A stretch of 64,000 nucleotides of DNA from Minisyncoccota bacterium (lineage in GTDB: Bacteria > Patescibacteriota > Minisyncoccia > Phycocordibacterales > UBA9973), in the NCBI GenBank assembly GCA_021734995.1, contig JAIPHX010000004.1, forward strand, positions 18,115 through 82,114, given 5' to 3'. Of the stretch, positions 17,298 through 26,635 are shown piece by piece (the first letter of the stretch is position 1; each line of letters opens with the position of its first letter). The position numbers and the translations under genes were made by a program. A model generated the notes under the pieces. The model did not search any database. It was not told the origin of the DNA and worked only from the letters and a program-made list of their open reading frames with translations.

Positions 17298-20200
17298 ATG
17301 AACACAAATAAAAAATACAAAAAAATAATAGTGCTTGGTTCAGGGGCTTTAAAGATAGGCGAAGCGGGAGAATTTGACTATAGTGGAAGCCAAGCAATCA
17401 AAGCTTTAAAAGAAGAAAAAATAAAAGTTGTTCTTGTAAATCCAAATATTGCCACTTTTCAAACTTCTAAAAACTTAGCGGATGAAGTATATTTTTTACC
17501 AGTCAATCCATACTTTGTAGAGAAGATAATCAAAAAAGAAAAACCAGATGGCATTATGCTTTCTTTTGGCGGACAGACAGCCTTAAATTGCGGACTTGCT
17601 TTAGAAAAAAAAGGAATTCTAAAAAAATACAAGGTAGAAGTGCTTGGGAGTCCTGTGCTTTCCATAGAACTCACTGAAGATAGAGAAAAATTTGCCAGAC
17701 ATTTAGATAAAATAGGTATTCCTGTTCCTCCATCTAAAAGTGCTGTTACTCTAAAAGAAGCAAAAATATCTGCTGAAACGATCGGCTTTCCTGTAATGAT
17801 TCGTGCAGCTTTTGCTCTAGGGGGTCAAAAATCAGGAGTAGCACATAACCAAAAAGAATTAGAGGAAATTGTTCAAGGAGCTCTAGCAATATCTCCTCAA
17901 GTATTGATTGAAAAATATTTACATCACTTTAAAGAAATAGAATATGAAGTAGTCAGAGACAAGCATGGTAATGTTGTTACTGTGTGTAATATGGAAAATC
18001 TAGATCCACTTGGTATTCATACAGGAGACTCCATTGTAGTAGCCCCGAGCCAAACATTAAACAATGAAGAATACCATGGTCTTCGTGAAGCTAGTAGAAA
18101 AATAGTAGATAGTCTAAAAATAGTTGGTGAGTGCAATGTCCAATATGCTCTCAATCCAAATCCAACAAAAAATCCAGATGGGAGTATTAGACGACTTGAA
18201 TACTATGTCATTGAAGTAAATGCTCGCTTGTCTCGTTCTAGTGCTCTTGCTTCAAAAGCTACTGGCTACCCTCTTGCTTATGTAGCAGCTAAACTTGCAT
18301 TAGGTAAAGGCATGGTAGAAATAGAAAACAAAATCACTAAAAAAACAAAAAGCTTTTTTGAACCAGCCCTAGACTATATCGTAGTCAAAATGCCTCGTTG
18401 GGATTTAGATAAATTTAAAAATGCAGAAGAAAAAATAGGTAGTGCTATGAAATCCGTCGGTGAAGTGATGTCTATTGGACGAACCTTTGAAGAAGCTTTC
18501 CAGAAAGCTATTCGAATGCAGACAGGTCAAAAAGAAAGTGTCACAGATAATGGCTTTAAAAATGAGATGGAAATGAAAAAATTTCTTTCTTTCCCCTCTC
18601 CTCGTAGAATTTTTGCGGTAGCTTCTGCTTTACAAAAAGGAATGTCTGCAGAAAAAATCCATTCCATTACAGGAATAGATATGTGGTTCTTGGAAAGAAT
18701 TGCAAATATTACAAATACCGAAAATAAATTAATAAAAAATAAAAAATTAACAAAAGAAAATCTTTTGCTTTTGAAAGAAAACGGATTTTCAGATAAAAAA
18801 ATAGGACAAGTTGTAGGTAAAACAGAATTTGAAATCCGTAAAACAAGAAAAAAGCTTGGTATCTTCCCAAGCATCTTTGCCATCGATACTCTAGCAGGAG
18901 AATTTCCAGCCCAGACAAATTATCTTTATCTTACTTATCACGGGAATCACAACGATGTAGAATCTATCGGCAAAGAAGGCATTGTAGTGCTTGGTTCTGG
19001 TCCATACCATATTGGCTCTTCGGTAGAGTTTGATTGGTCTTGTGTTCATGCTACTTTAGCTCTCAAAAAATACAACAAGAAATCTATTGTAATCAATTGT
19101 AATCCTGAGACTGTCTCTACTGATTATGATATGTCTGATAGGTTGTATTTTGAAAATCTTTCTTTTGAGACTGTGGCTGATATTTTTGAATTTGAAAAAG
19201 CTGAAGGACTTATCATTTCTGTAGGTGGACAAAGACCCAACAATCTAGCCAAAAAATTATCCAAAGAAAAATTTAAACTTTTTGGTACTGAAGCAGAAAA
19301 TATTGATAGAGCTGAAGACCGCAATCTATTTTCCGCTCTTCTAGATAAATTAAAAATAGATCAGCCGGAATGGCAAAGTTTTAATAGTATGAAAGAAGCA
19401 ATGACTTTTGTAGATAAAGTAGGTTTCCCTGTCCTAGTCCGCCCTTCTTATGTATTATCAGGATCTGCGATGCGTGTATGCTATGGAACAAAAGAATTAA
19501 AAGATTTTGTGGGTAAAGCATCCGTCCTATCTCCTGAATACCCTGTTACTATTTCTAAATATATTGAAAATGCAAAAGAACTAGAATTTGATGCTGTAGC
19601 ACAAAATGGAGAATTGGTGGTATATGGTATATCTGAGCATATAGAAAACGCAGGGGTGCATTCAGGAGACGCCACTATCGTATATCCTACTCAGCGAGTC
19701 TATGCCTCTACAGAATATCAACTCAGAGAAACTGCAAAAAAAATAGCTTCAGAATTAAAGATTGCTGGACCATTTAATATCCAATTTTTGTTCAAAGACA
19801 ACAAACCATATGTAATAGAAGTAAATGTTCGAGCAAGTAGAACATTTCCATTTCTTTCAAAAGCAATGAATGTAGATTTCCCTGAAATGGCAATTGACAG
19901 CTTTTTTGGTAAAGCCAAAAAACATAAATTTATTTACCCAAAAAGTGTATTAGTAAAGTCATCTCAATTTTCATTCTCTCGCTTACTTGGAGCAGACCCT
20001 ATTCTTAGAGTAGAAATGTCTTCTACAGGAGAAGTGGCTTGTTTTGGGAAAGATTATGATGAAGCATTGCTAAAATCCATAATGAGTGCCAACTTTTTAG
20101 ATTTTAACAAAAAAAGTGTTTTACTTTCTCTAGGTGGAGATTTAAATAAAGTAAAATTTTTAGAATCAGCTCAAACACTATTAGATTTAGGATATACAAT

Positions 20201-20519
20201 TTTTGCTACTGATGGTACGGCAGATTTTTTAAAGAAAGAAAACATAGAATGTAAAACAATCAAAAAAGCAAAGGAAACTACTCCAAACACTATTAGCCTC
20301 ATAGAATCCAAAGAAGTAGCTTTTGTGATAAACTTAAGCCTAGAAGGTAGCCCTAAAAATTTAAATAACACGGATGGTTTTAGAATCAGGCGAGCGACAG
20401 TGGACAACCAAATTCCATTATTCACTGATTTACATTTAGCCCGAGCATTTATCAAAGCTCTTGCCAAATATGACATAGATGACTTAGAAATTAAAAGCTA
20501 TAAAGAATATTTAGATTAA
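17298..20519 (+). CDS. carB: carbamoyl-phosphate synthase large subunit
   Basis: KKIIVLGSGALKIGEAGEFDYSGSQA N-terminus, duplicated ATP-grasp halves and a C-terminal MGS-like domain; ~1070 aa. Start is probably ATG 17298 (MNTNKKYKKIIVLGSG) rather than the track ORF start at 17271. Confidence 0.9.
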   Translation: MNTNKKYKKIIVLGSGALKIGEAGEFDYSGSQAIKALKEEKIKVVLVNPNIATFQTSKNLADEVYFLPVNPYFVEKIIKKEKPDGIMLSFGGQTALNCGLALEKKGILKKYKVEVLGSPVLSIELTEDREKFARHLDKIGIPVPPSKSAVTLKEAKISAETIGFPVMIRAAFALGGQKSGVAHNQKELEEIVQGALAISPQVLIEKYLHHFKEIEYEVVRDKHGNVVTVCNMENLDPLGIHTGDSIVVAPSQTLNNEEYHGLREASRKIVDSLKIVGECNVQYALNPNPTKNPDGSIRRLEYYVIEVNARLSRSSALASKATGYPLAYVAAKLALGKGMVEIENKITKKTKSFFEPALDYIVVKMPRWDLDKFKNAEEKIGSAMKSVGEVMSIGRTFEEAFQKAIRMQTGQKESVTDNGFKNEMEMKKFLSFPSPRRIFAVASALQKGMSAEKIHSITGIDMWFLERIANITNTENKLIKNKKLTKENLLLLKENGFSDKKIGQVVGKTEFEIRKTRKKLGIFPSIFAIDTLAGEFPAQTNYLYLTYHGNHNDVESIGKEGIVVLGSGPYHIGSSVEFDWSCVHATLALKKYNKKSIVINCNPETVSTDYDMSDRLYFENLSFETVADIFEFEKAEGLIISVGGQRPNNLAKKLSKEKFKLFGTEAENIDRAEDRNLFSALLDKLKIDQPEWQSFNSMKEAMTFVDKVGFPVLVRPSYVLSGSAMRVCYGTKELKDFVGKASVLSPEYPVTISKYIENAKELEFDAVAQNGELVVYGISEHIENAGVHSGDATIVYPTQRVYASTEYQLRETAKKIASELKIAGPFNIQFLFKDNKPYVIEVNVRASRTFPFLSKAMNVDFPEMAIDSFFGKAKKHKFIYPKSVLVKSSQFSFSRLLGADPILRVEMSSTGEVACFGKDYDEALLKSIMSANFLDFNKKSVLLSLGGDLNKVKFLESAQTLLDLGYTIFATDGTADFLKKENIECKTIKKAKETTPNTISLIESKEVAFVINLSLEGSPKNLNNTDGFRIRRATVDNQIPLFTDLHLARAFIKALAKYDIDDLEIKSYKEYLD

Positions 20520-20550
20520 ATATTATTAAATTAAAATCAAAAAAAACAAA

Positions 20551-21468
20551 ATGCAACATATTATTTCTTCAAAAGAATTATCCAAAGATAAAATAGAATC
20601 CATTCTCAATAGATCTAAAGAAATGGAAGAAGCCTGCAAAAAAGGTACTGTAGAGCCAATATTGAAAGACAAAATAGTGGCTTGTATTTTTTTTGAACCT
20701 TCTACTCGCACAAGATTATCTTTTGAAACCGCCTCTCTCAAACTTGGAGCACAGGTAATTTCTGCAGAAAATGCTGAGACAAATTCTTCTGCTTACAAAG
20801 GAGAAACTATTGAAGATACTACTAAGATTTTAAGCTCTTATGCCGATATAATCGTAATAAGACATCATACAGCAGGCATGCTTCTTCGTGCCTCTAAAGT
20901 ATCCAATAAACCTGTTATAAACGCAGGAGACGGGGCAAACGAACACCCTTCTCAAGCATTACTTGATCTATATACCATTCAAAAAGAACATGGTCGTCTA
21001 GACAATCTTACTATCGCTTTTGGGGGAGATCTCACTCATAGTCGCACTCTACATTCTCTTGTGCCATTGCTAACTCTTTACCCCAATAATACTTTTTATT
21101 TTATTTCCCCAAAAGAATTGGCTCTTCCAAAAGAATACACAGATAGCTTACAAAAAAACGGAGTAAACTTTAAAGAGATGAATACTTTAAAAGATGGACT
21201 CAAAGATGCTGATATTTTATATATGACCAGAGTGCAAAAAGAAAGATTTGAAAATGCTGAAGACTATGAAAAAGTAAAAGATTTATTTATTCTAAAAAAA
21301 GAACATTTAGCTGAAATGAAAAAAAATGCAATTATTATGCATCCTTTACCTAAGATAAATGAAATAGAACTAGAAGTGGATAGTGACCCTCGTGCTTCAT
21401 ACTTTCGCCAAGCAGAAAATGGTCTTTATGTCAGGATGGCAATGCTTGAATATGTGTTGAAGGGGTAG
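20551..21468 (+). CDS. pyrB: aspartate carbamoyltransferase catalytic subunit
   Basis: STRTR motif (FFEPSTRTRLSFE), HPLP-type motif (MHPLP) and a carbamoyl-phosphate binding region. Confidence 0.85.
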   Translation: MQHIISSKELSKDKIESILNRSKEMEEACKKGTVEPILKDKIVACIFFEPSTRTRLSFETASLKLGAQVISAENAETNSSAYKGETIEDTTKILSSYADIIVIRHHTAGMLLRASKVSNKPVINAGDGANEHPSQALLDLYTIQKEHGRLDNLTIAFGGDLTHSRTLHSLVPLLTLYPNNTFYFISPKELALPKEYTDSLQKNGVNFKEMNTLKDGLKDADILYMTRVQKERFENAEDYEKVKDLFILKKEHLAEMKKNAIIMHPLPKINEIELEVDSDPRASYFRQAENGLYVRMAMLEYVLKG

Positions 21469-21488
21469 AAATAAAAACAGCAAAAACA

Positions 21489-21800
21489 TTATCTAAATGC
21501 CCCTTCTTTTTGCAAAATAGCTTTTTTATTTTCTGCTCCCCTATTATACCCTCCGATTTTACCATCAGATCTTATCACTCTATGGCAAGGGATTTTAGAA
21601 TCATAATTTTTATTTAAAATATTGCCGACTGCTCTAAAGGCTTTTGCCTTACCTGCCATCTTTGCTACTTCTTTATATGTAAGCACTTTACCTTTAGGAA
21701 TTTTTGAGACAACCATCCTCACCTTTTCACCAAATGTCTTTACTTGTGTCTTTTTATTTTTATAGGTATCAATTTTAGTTTGTCTTTTTTTATCTTTCAT
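21489..21800 (-). CDS. MGMT-family protein (methylated-DNA-protein-cysteine methyltransferase DNA-binding domain)
   Basis: PCHRVIRSDGKIGGY carries the PCHRV active-site motif; 103 aa (C-terminal domain only). Confidence 0.7.
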   Translation of the reverse strand: MKDKKRQTKIDTYKNKKTQVKTFGEKVRMVVSKIPKGKVLTYKEVAKMAGKAKAFRAVGNILNKNYDSKIPCHRVIRSDGKIGGYNRGAENKKAILQKEGAFR

Positions 21801-21860
21801 TTTATATATTATACAAAAAAATAAAGGCCTCTGTAACAGAAGCTTTTAGCCTATCTACTC

Positions 21861-22217
21861 CTATCTATAAGCATCAATCTTCACAGCCAAGATAAAATCA
21901 TTCTCGGTAAGCCCTCCCACAGAATGAGTCCAAAGCTCTATCACTACTTTATTGTAATATACATGTATATCAGGATGATGTCCTTCTTCTTCGGCGAGGT
22001 CTGCTACTCTTTCTACAAAATTTATTGCTCCGATAAAATCTTTAAAAACAAACTCCTTAGAAATTTTTTTTAAATCTACATCAATACCCCATCCAAAAGC
22101 TTCTTCCATATAATCTTCTAAATCCTTTCCAGACAAAGCTTTGATACTTTTATCTTTACAAGGGACACATTTCTTTTTTATTAAATCAGATTTTGACATA
22201 TTGAAATTATAACACAA
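21861..22217 (-). CDS. 4a-hydroxytetrahydrobiopterin dehydratase (PCD/DCoH-like)
   Basis: EEGHHPDIHVYYNKVVIELWTHSVGGLTENDF matches the PCD signature ([EG]-[DE]-x-x-H-H-P); N-terminal extension with CxxC. Confidence 0.7.
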   Translation of the reverse strand: MCYNFNMSKSDLIKKKCVPCKDKSIKALSGKDLEDYMEEAFGWGIDVDLKKISKEFVFKDFIGAINFVERVADLAEEEGHHPDIHVYYNKVVIELWTHSVGGLTENDFILAVKIDAYR

Positions 22218-22289
22218 AAAAACTTTTTAAAAACAAAGAAATATGTACCATTTATTTGCTTTTTTATTTATATTATATATAATGAAATT

Positions 22290-22336
22290 ACAGTGGCTTC
22301 GGCCTCCGAGATTGATCCGCCCAAAAGCGGATCTTT
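22290..22336. other. GC-rich double-hairpin island (candidate small RNA or terminator pair)
   Basis: cagtGGCttcgGCCtccgag (a C(UUCG)G-type hairpin) followed by GATCCGCccaaaaGCGGATC (a perfect 7-bp stem) and a U-rich tail, in an otherwise AT-rich intergenic region. Confidence 0.3.
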
Positions 22337-22345
22337 CGTTTTGTA

Positions 22346-22729
22346 CTAAATTAAATTCTTTACTCTTTTCTTTATATTTAGAAATTCATCTAAATTAATT
22401 GTATTAATTTTTCTTAATAATCTTTTTGCATCTAAAACCCGTATTTGATCTAACAAAACGTAATGTTTACTTATTCCATCACTTAATTCATGTTGATATT
22501 TAGGTAATCTTTGTTTAGTAGTTATTGGTAAACAAATAAATGTTTCAAAACTTAATTTTTTCAAAATAACAACAGGACGTTCAAAACTTTTACCTTTGCC
22601 ATTTTGTTCTCTGCCTATATTAATCCCAAGAGAAGACCACCATACTTCTCTTTCTAAGAAGAGAAGTATAACATTTTTATTGTCTATTTTTTTCTTTATT
22701 GTGTTCCACTCACCAAAATTTTTTTGCAT
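22346..22729 (-). CDS. MazF/PemK-like endoribonuclease toxin-like protein (no adjacent antitoxin ORF)
   Basis: The pattern resembles the MazF/PemK fold: GE.WWSSLG…GREQ.GKGKSFERPVVILKK…FICLPITT…VLLDQIRVLDAKRL. Confidence 0.5.
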   Translation of the reverse strand: MQKNFGEWNTIKKKIDNKNVILLFLEREVWWSSLGINIGREQNGKGKSFERPVVILKKLSFETFICLPITTKQRLPKYQHELSDGISKHYVLLDQIRVLDAKRLLRKINTINLDEFLNIKKRVKNLI

Positions 22730-22800
22730 TTTAAAATGCTATAAAATAAAGATAAATTTTAAATAAACTTTATTTAAAAAAATCTTAGCAAAAAAATTCA

Positions 22801-24216
22801 CTATTTCCCCATTTTAATATTTAATTCTTTTAGTTGTTTTTCTGATATATCAGAAGGAGAATCCATCATCAAGTCTTTCCCTTCTCCTGTCTTTGGAAAA
22901 GCAATCACTTCTCTGATATTTGGCTCATTTTGAAGCAACATTATAAATCTATCAAAACCCCAAGCAATTCCACCATGAGGAGGACATCCAGATCCGAGTG
23001 CTTTGATCATATGACCAAAATTCTTTTCTACTACTTCTTGTTCATAACCCATTATTTCAAATACTTTTTCCAGTGCTTCCGGTTCGTGATTTCTAATACT
23101 TCCACCTCCTATCTCGCTTCCATTTAAGACAATGTCATATTGAGTAGTCAAAATATCACCAATGTCTTTTTTATCCATAAGCATAGCCATGTGTTCATCT
23201 TGTGGGCGAGAAAAAGGATTGTGTGTAAAAGTCCATTCTCCACTAGTATCTACGTTGTCTGATTTGTCTGTTCTTTCAAAAAATGGAAAATCCACCACCC
23301 AACAAAAAGCCAAGAGATTTGGATTGTTTTTATCTTTTCTAATATCTGGTCTATCTGTGCCGTATTTTTCCATTGATTCTTTGTAAGTAATACGAGGAAA
23401 AGGAATTTCTTGTATTTCTTTTTCTGAATAAATATTTTTTACTACATTGATCAACAGCTCTTCGTTTAGGTTCATCACATCTTCTCTATCTACAAAACTC
23501 ATTTCCATGTCTATTTGTGTAAATTCTGGCTGTCTGTCCCCTCTAGTGTCTTCATCTCGCATACATTTTGCAACTTGAAAATACCTCTCAGCCCCCGAAG
23601 CCATAAGGAGTTGTTTGTATTGCTGTGGGGACTGTGGTAGAGCATAAAACTTCCCTTGCCAAATCCTAGAAGGCACTACATAGTCTCTTGCTCCCTCAGG
23701 AGTGGATTTTGTAAGTATTGGAGTTTCTACTTCAATAAAAGACTTCTTGTCCAAAAAATCACGAATAAATTTTACTACCTTGTGTCTATTGCGAATATTC
23801 TTTTGCATTCTATCTCTTCGTAAATCAAGAAAGCGGTATTTCAATCTATTTTCTTCTCCAATTTCATATCCTTCAGACACTACATCAAAGGCAGGAGTTT
23901 CTGCTTTGTTTAATACTTCTATCTCCAATACTTCCAGTTCTATATCTCCATTTACTACTCCTTCTTTTATATTCTTTTCAGGTCTTTTATTCACCAACCC
24001 TTTTATATTTAAAACCCACTCTGGACGAATATCTTTTGCTTTTTCAATAGCTTGCTCTCTAGAAGGTAGGGCCACACATTGCACATACCCAGTCATATCT
24101 CTCATATCAAAAAAGACCATTTTACCCTGATCTCTACGCACATTTACCCAGCCAGCAATATGCACTTCTTGACCAGCATATTGGCTTAAATCTTTTATAT
24201 ATATTCTTTCTTTCAT
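22801..24216 (-). CDS. aspS: aspartyl-tRNA synthetase (short form lacking the bacterial GAD insertion)
   Basis: Class IIb N-terminal OB fold; motif 2 RDEDTRGDRQPEFTQIDMEMSF is AspRS-specific; motif 3 GGGSIRNHE…GCPPHGGIAWGFDRF; 471 aa. Confidence 0.8.
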   Translation of the reverse strand: MKERIYIKDLSQYAGQEVHIAGWVNVRRDQGKMVFFDMRDMTGYVQCVALPSREQAIEKAKDIRPEWVLNIKGLVNKRPEKNIKEGVVNGDIELEVLEIEVLNKAETPAFDVVSEGYEIGEENRLKYRFLDLRRDRMQKNIRNRHKVVKFIRDFLDKKSFIEVETPILTKSTPEGARDYVVPSRIWQGKFYALPQSPQQYKQLLMASGAERYFQVAKCMRDEDTRGDRQPEFTQIDMEMSFVDREDVMNLNEELLINVVKNIYSEKEIQEIPFPRITYKESMEKYGTDRPDIRKDKNNPNLLAFCWVVDFPFFERTDKSDNVDTSGEWTFTHNPFSRPQDEHMAMLMDKKDIGDILTTQYDIVLNGSEIGGGSIRNHEPEALEKVFEIMGYEQEVVEKNFGHMIKALGSGCPPHGGIAWGFDRFIMLLQNEPNIREVIAFPKTGEGKDLMMDSPSDISEKQLKELNIKMGK

Positions 24217-24239
24217 ATCAATATATTAGCATAAATCCT

Positions 24240-25259
24240 CTACTTTTCGCTATGCCACAAAGCTGTGACGGAATTCCCATTATGTAAATTGTCAATTACT
24301 TGAGCAATCAGTTTTGAAGTAGAGATAACTTCTAAGTTTTTTAATTTTTTTATTTTTTCTTGATCAAGACAAGAATCCGTCAGCCAAACACCTGAGAATT
24401 CAGCATTGTTTAGATTATCTAATGCATCTCCTGATAAGATGGCGTGTGTAGCTGTAAAATATACTTCCTTTGCTCCATTTTCTTTAAGAGCTTTTAAGCA
24501 ATTTACTGCTGTGCCACAAGTATCAGCAATGTCGTCAGGCATAATACATATATATCCCTTAGGGTCACCAATCACTTCCATTATTTGATTGTGATTAGAT
24601 TTTTTATAATCTCGTAATTTATTCAAAATGACAATATTACCAGGAATGCCAAGTGCCCCCGCAATCTTTCTAGTAGATGGAGCAGCTCCAAGGTCGGGAG
24701 AAACAATCATTACTTTATCTAAATCAAATTTCTTTTTTCTTATCTGTGTTAAAAGTAAATCTGTGGTATCAACATCAACAATTGGAATAGACATAGAGTG
24801 GGCATTGTAGCTACTTGGGTTATGAAGCTTCAGCACTACGATCCTATTGGCTCCAGCCATTTGTAACTGCATTGGTACTTTTTGTGATAATACTGGCTCA
24901 CGATGATTGGTAGATCTATCTTGTCGCGCATAAGGAAGGCAGGGCATTATCACGGTGATCCTTGATGGCTCTCCTTGTTTTAATCCAAAGATTAAAGAAA
25001 CACATTCATCCAAGTCATAAGCGAGTTCTTCTTTGCTACCATACCTTGGTTGACATATTACATAGACATCTCTATCACGCACAGACTCAGTATGATGTAT
25101 CAAGAATTCTCCATTTTTAAAAGACTTATACAAAACAGGTGAAATTGGCGTCTTTAAAAGCTTTGATATCTTTTCTGCTAAATTTGTATGCGTGCCGTTA
25201 GAAAGTGAATATATTCTTAAAGGATACGGGTTTACATTGATGTGGTTGTTGTTTTTCAT
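24240..25259 (-). CDS. prs: ribose-phosphate pyrophosphokinase
   Basis: PRPP synthetase motifs (VVSPDLGA…, DDIADTCGT, pyrophosphate-binding loop). Confidence 0.9.
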   Translation of the reverse strand: MKNNNHINVNPYPLRIYSLSNGTHTNLAEKISKLLKTPISPVLYKSFKNGEFLIHHTESVRDRDVYVICQPRYGSKEELAYDLDECVSLIFGLKQGEPSRITVIMPCLPYARQDRSTNHREPVLSQKVPMQLQMAGANRIVVLKLHNPSSYNAHSMSIPIVDVDTTDLLLTQIRKKKFDLDKVMIVSPDLGAAPSTRKIAGALGIPGNIVILNKLRDYKKSNHNQIMEVIGDPKGYICIMPDDIADTCGTAVNCLKALKENGAKEVYFTATHAILSGDALDNLNNAEFSGVWLTDSCLDQEKIKKLKNLEVISTSKLIAQVIDNLHNGNSVTALWHSEK

Positions 25260-25293
25260 GATGAGTAGATTTTAACATAAAAAAGATTAAATT

Positions 25294-25327
25294 AAAAAAA
25301 AGGGCGGGTGCTATAAAGCACCCGCCC
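25294..25327 (-). promoter_or_regulatory. strong GC hairpin + U-run in the prs 5' leader (terminator/attenuator-like)
   Basis: GGGCGGGTGCTataaAGCACCCGCCC, followed on the minus strand by TTTTTTTT, 35-68 nt upstream of the prs ATG. Confidence 0.35.
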
Positions 25328-25490
25328 ACGAATGGAGGCCATTTTGTAAACATGGCAAACTCCTTTCTTGTTTATTAAAAAACCTTCTCTCCTTTCTTCC
25401 CTTTCGGGCAGGAGACCAATCTCATTCATTTATTTAAGAGACTGGTATATATATTTAACTATTTAAATATATATACCAAACTCCAACCCT

Positions 25491-25524
25491 CCCTACAAAA
25501 CAAAAATCCCCATTCTTTTTGGGG
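25491..25524 (-). terminator. intrinsic terminator (minus strand)
   Basis: On the minus strand CCCCaaaaagaaTGGGG is followed by ATTTTTGTTTTG; downstream of the AbiEii-like gene. Confidence 0.4.
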
Positions 25525-25709
25525 CTTTAGTCTTAATTCTATATATTTTTTATCTTACATTTTGATTGATCTATATATACAATTAAAACTGCCCCTTCTT
25601 AATAAAGGGAAAAATAATGTTCTTAATTGTTATATTGAAAGCAACCATATCAATATGGTATCTAATATTTTCCAAAAAGCAACCTAGAATTGTGGAAAAC
25701 TAAAAAGTA

Positions 25710-26339
25710 TTAATTAATATTATCTTTTATGTATAGATCAGTTATTTTCTGTATTTCTTTTTTTATATCTTTCCAATCTGTTTTTATAATATAAATCGGC
25801 TCCACATCATCTTCTGCATCATTAAAATATACAAGACTTTTTAAAATGTACATAAGATTATATCCATAGCTAGCATATTTTTCTTTAAAAAAATTCAATA
25901 TATCTTGAATAGAATATCTTTTTAAAAGAAAATATAAATCTACAAAGTCTTTCTTGCTTCCTCTGTTTGATATAGCTAGTATTTTCATGGCAGAGATATC
26001 GCGTTCGTCAGCTATTTTTAGTCCTTCAAAATCTTTTTTCTCAAACAATAAATTTACAGGTGTTTTAAAAAAACTAATTTTCACACCATCTAGACTTCCA
26101 TTAAAAGTATCTTCTTTTGTTTCCTCAATTTCAAGCTTACCAAGTAATTTCAAACTTTGAATTAATCTTTCGGTTTCAAATTCTTTATTTGTGAAAAAAT
26201 CTAAATCAATGGATATCCTATGACCTAATTGCAAAGAAAGTCCTGTCCCACCAGCAAGACAAAAATCAAATACTGTTACTGTATTCTTTAACAAATGAAA
26301 AACCTTATTTGTTTTTTCATCTAAAGTTTCAATATACAT
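25710..26339 (-). CDS. nucleotidyltransferase, AbiEii/AbiGii toxin family-like
   Basis: N-terminal FCLAGGTGLSLQLGHRISIDLDFF matches the AbiEii/DUF1814 GGTAL…HR.S.DLD signature. Confidence 0.6.
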   Translation of the reverse strand: MYIETLDEKTNKVFHLLKNTVTVFDFCLAGGTGLSLQLGHRISIDLDFFTNKEFETERLIQSLKLLGKLEIEETKEDTFNGSLDGVKISFFKTPVNLLFEKKDFEGLKIADERDISAMKILAISNRGSKKDFVDLYFLLKRYSIQDILNFFKEKYASYGYNLMYILKSLVYFNDAEDDVEPIYIIKTDWKDIKKEIQKITDLYIKDNIN

Positions 26340-26345
26340 TTTAAT

Positions 26346-26573
26346 TTAGTTAATATTATAATAATGCTCCCAGAAATTTTTTGAGCGAGACCCTAAAACC
26401 CTTGAATTAATTAAAGTATCTTTGACATCATCTTGGGAATATTCTTTGTGCATCCATTGAATTTCTTCTTGATTACCAAAATCAAGAATACGTTCTATAA
26501 CATACTTCTTATTTTTTTTAAAATCTATTTTTGATATATCTGTATCCCAAAACAAAGTAGCTCTAAGTTCCAT
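26346..26573 (-). CDS. small protein upstream of AbiEii-like gene (possible cognate antitoxin partner)
   Basis: 75-aa ORF ending 6 nt before the nucleotidyltransferase gene. Supported by operon position only. Confidence 0.3.
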   Translation of the reverse strand: MELRATLFWDTDISKIDFKKNKKYVIERILDFGNQEEIQWMHKEYSQDDVKDTLINSRVLGSRSKNFWEHYYNIN

Positions 26574-26635
26574 ATAGTATATATTATAACATATTTTTGA
26601 TTAAAAATAAAGCAAAATAAGGCCAATAAATCCAA

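Noticed and set aside
25274-25420. AAGGAG-ATG short ORF (~50 aa) in the prs leader
   Set aside because: Its coding sequence is dominated by the GC hairpin plus U-run and it runs into prs out of frame. It is more plausibly a structured leader than a protein, though a leader peptide cannot be excluded.
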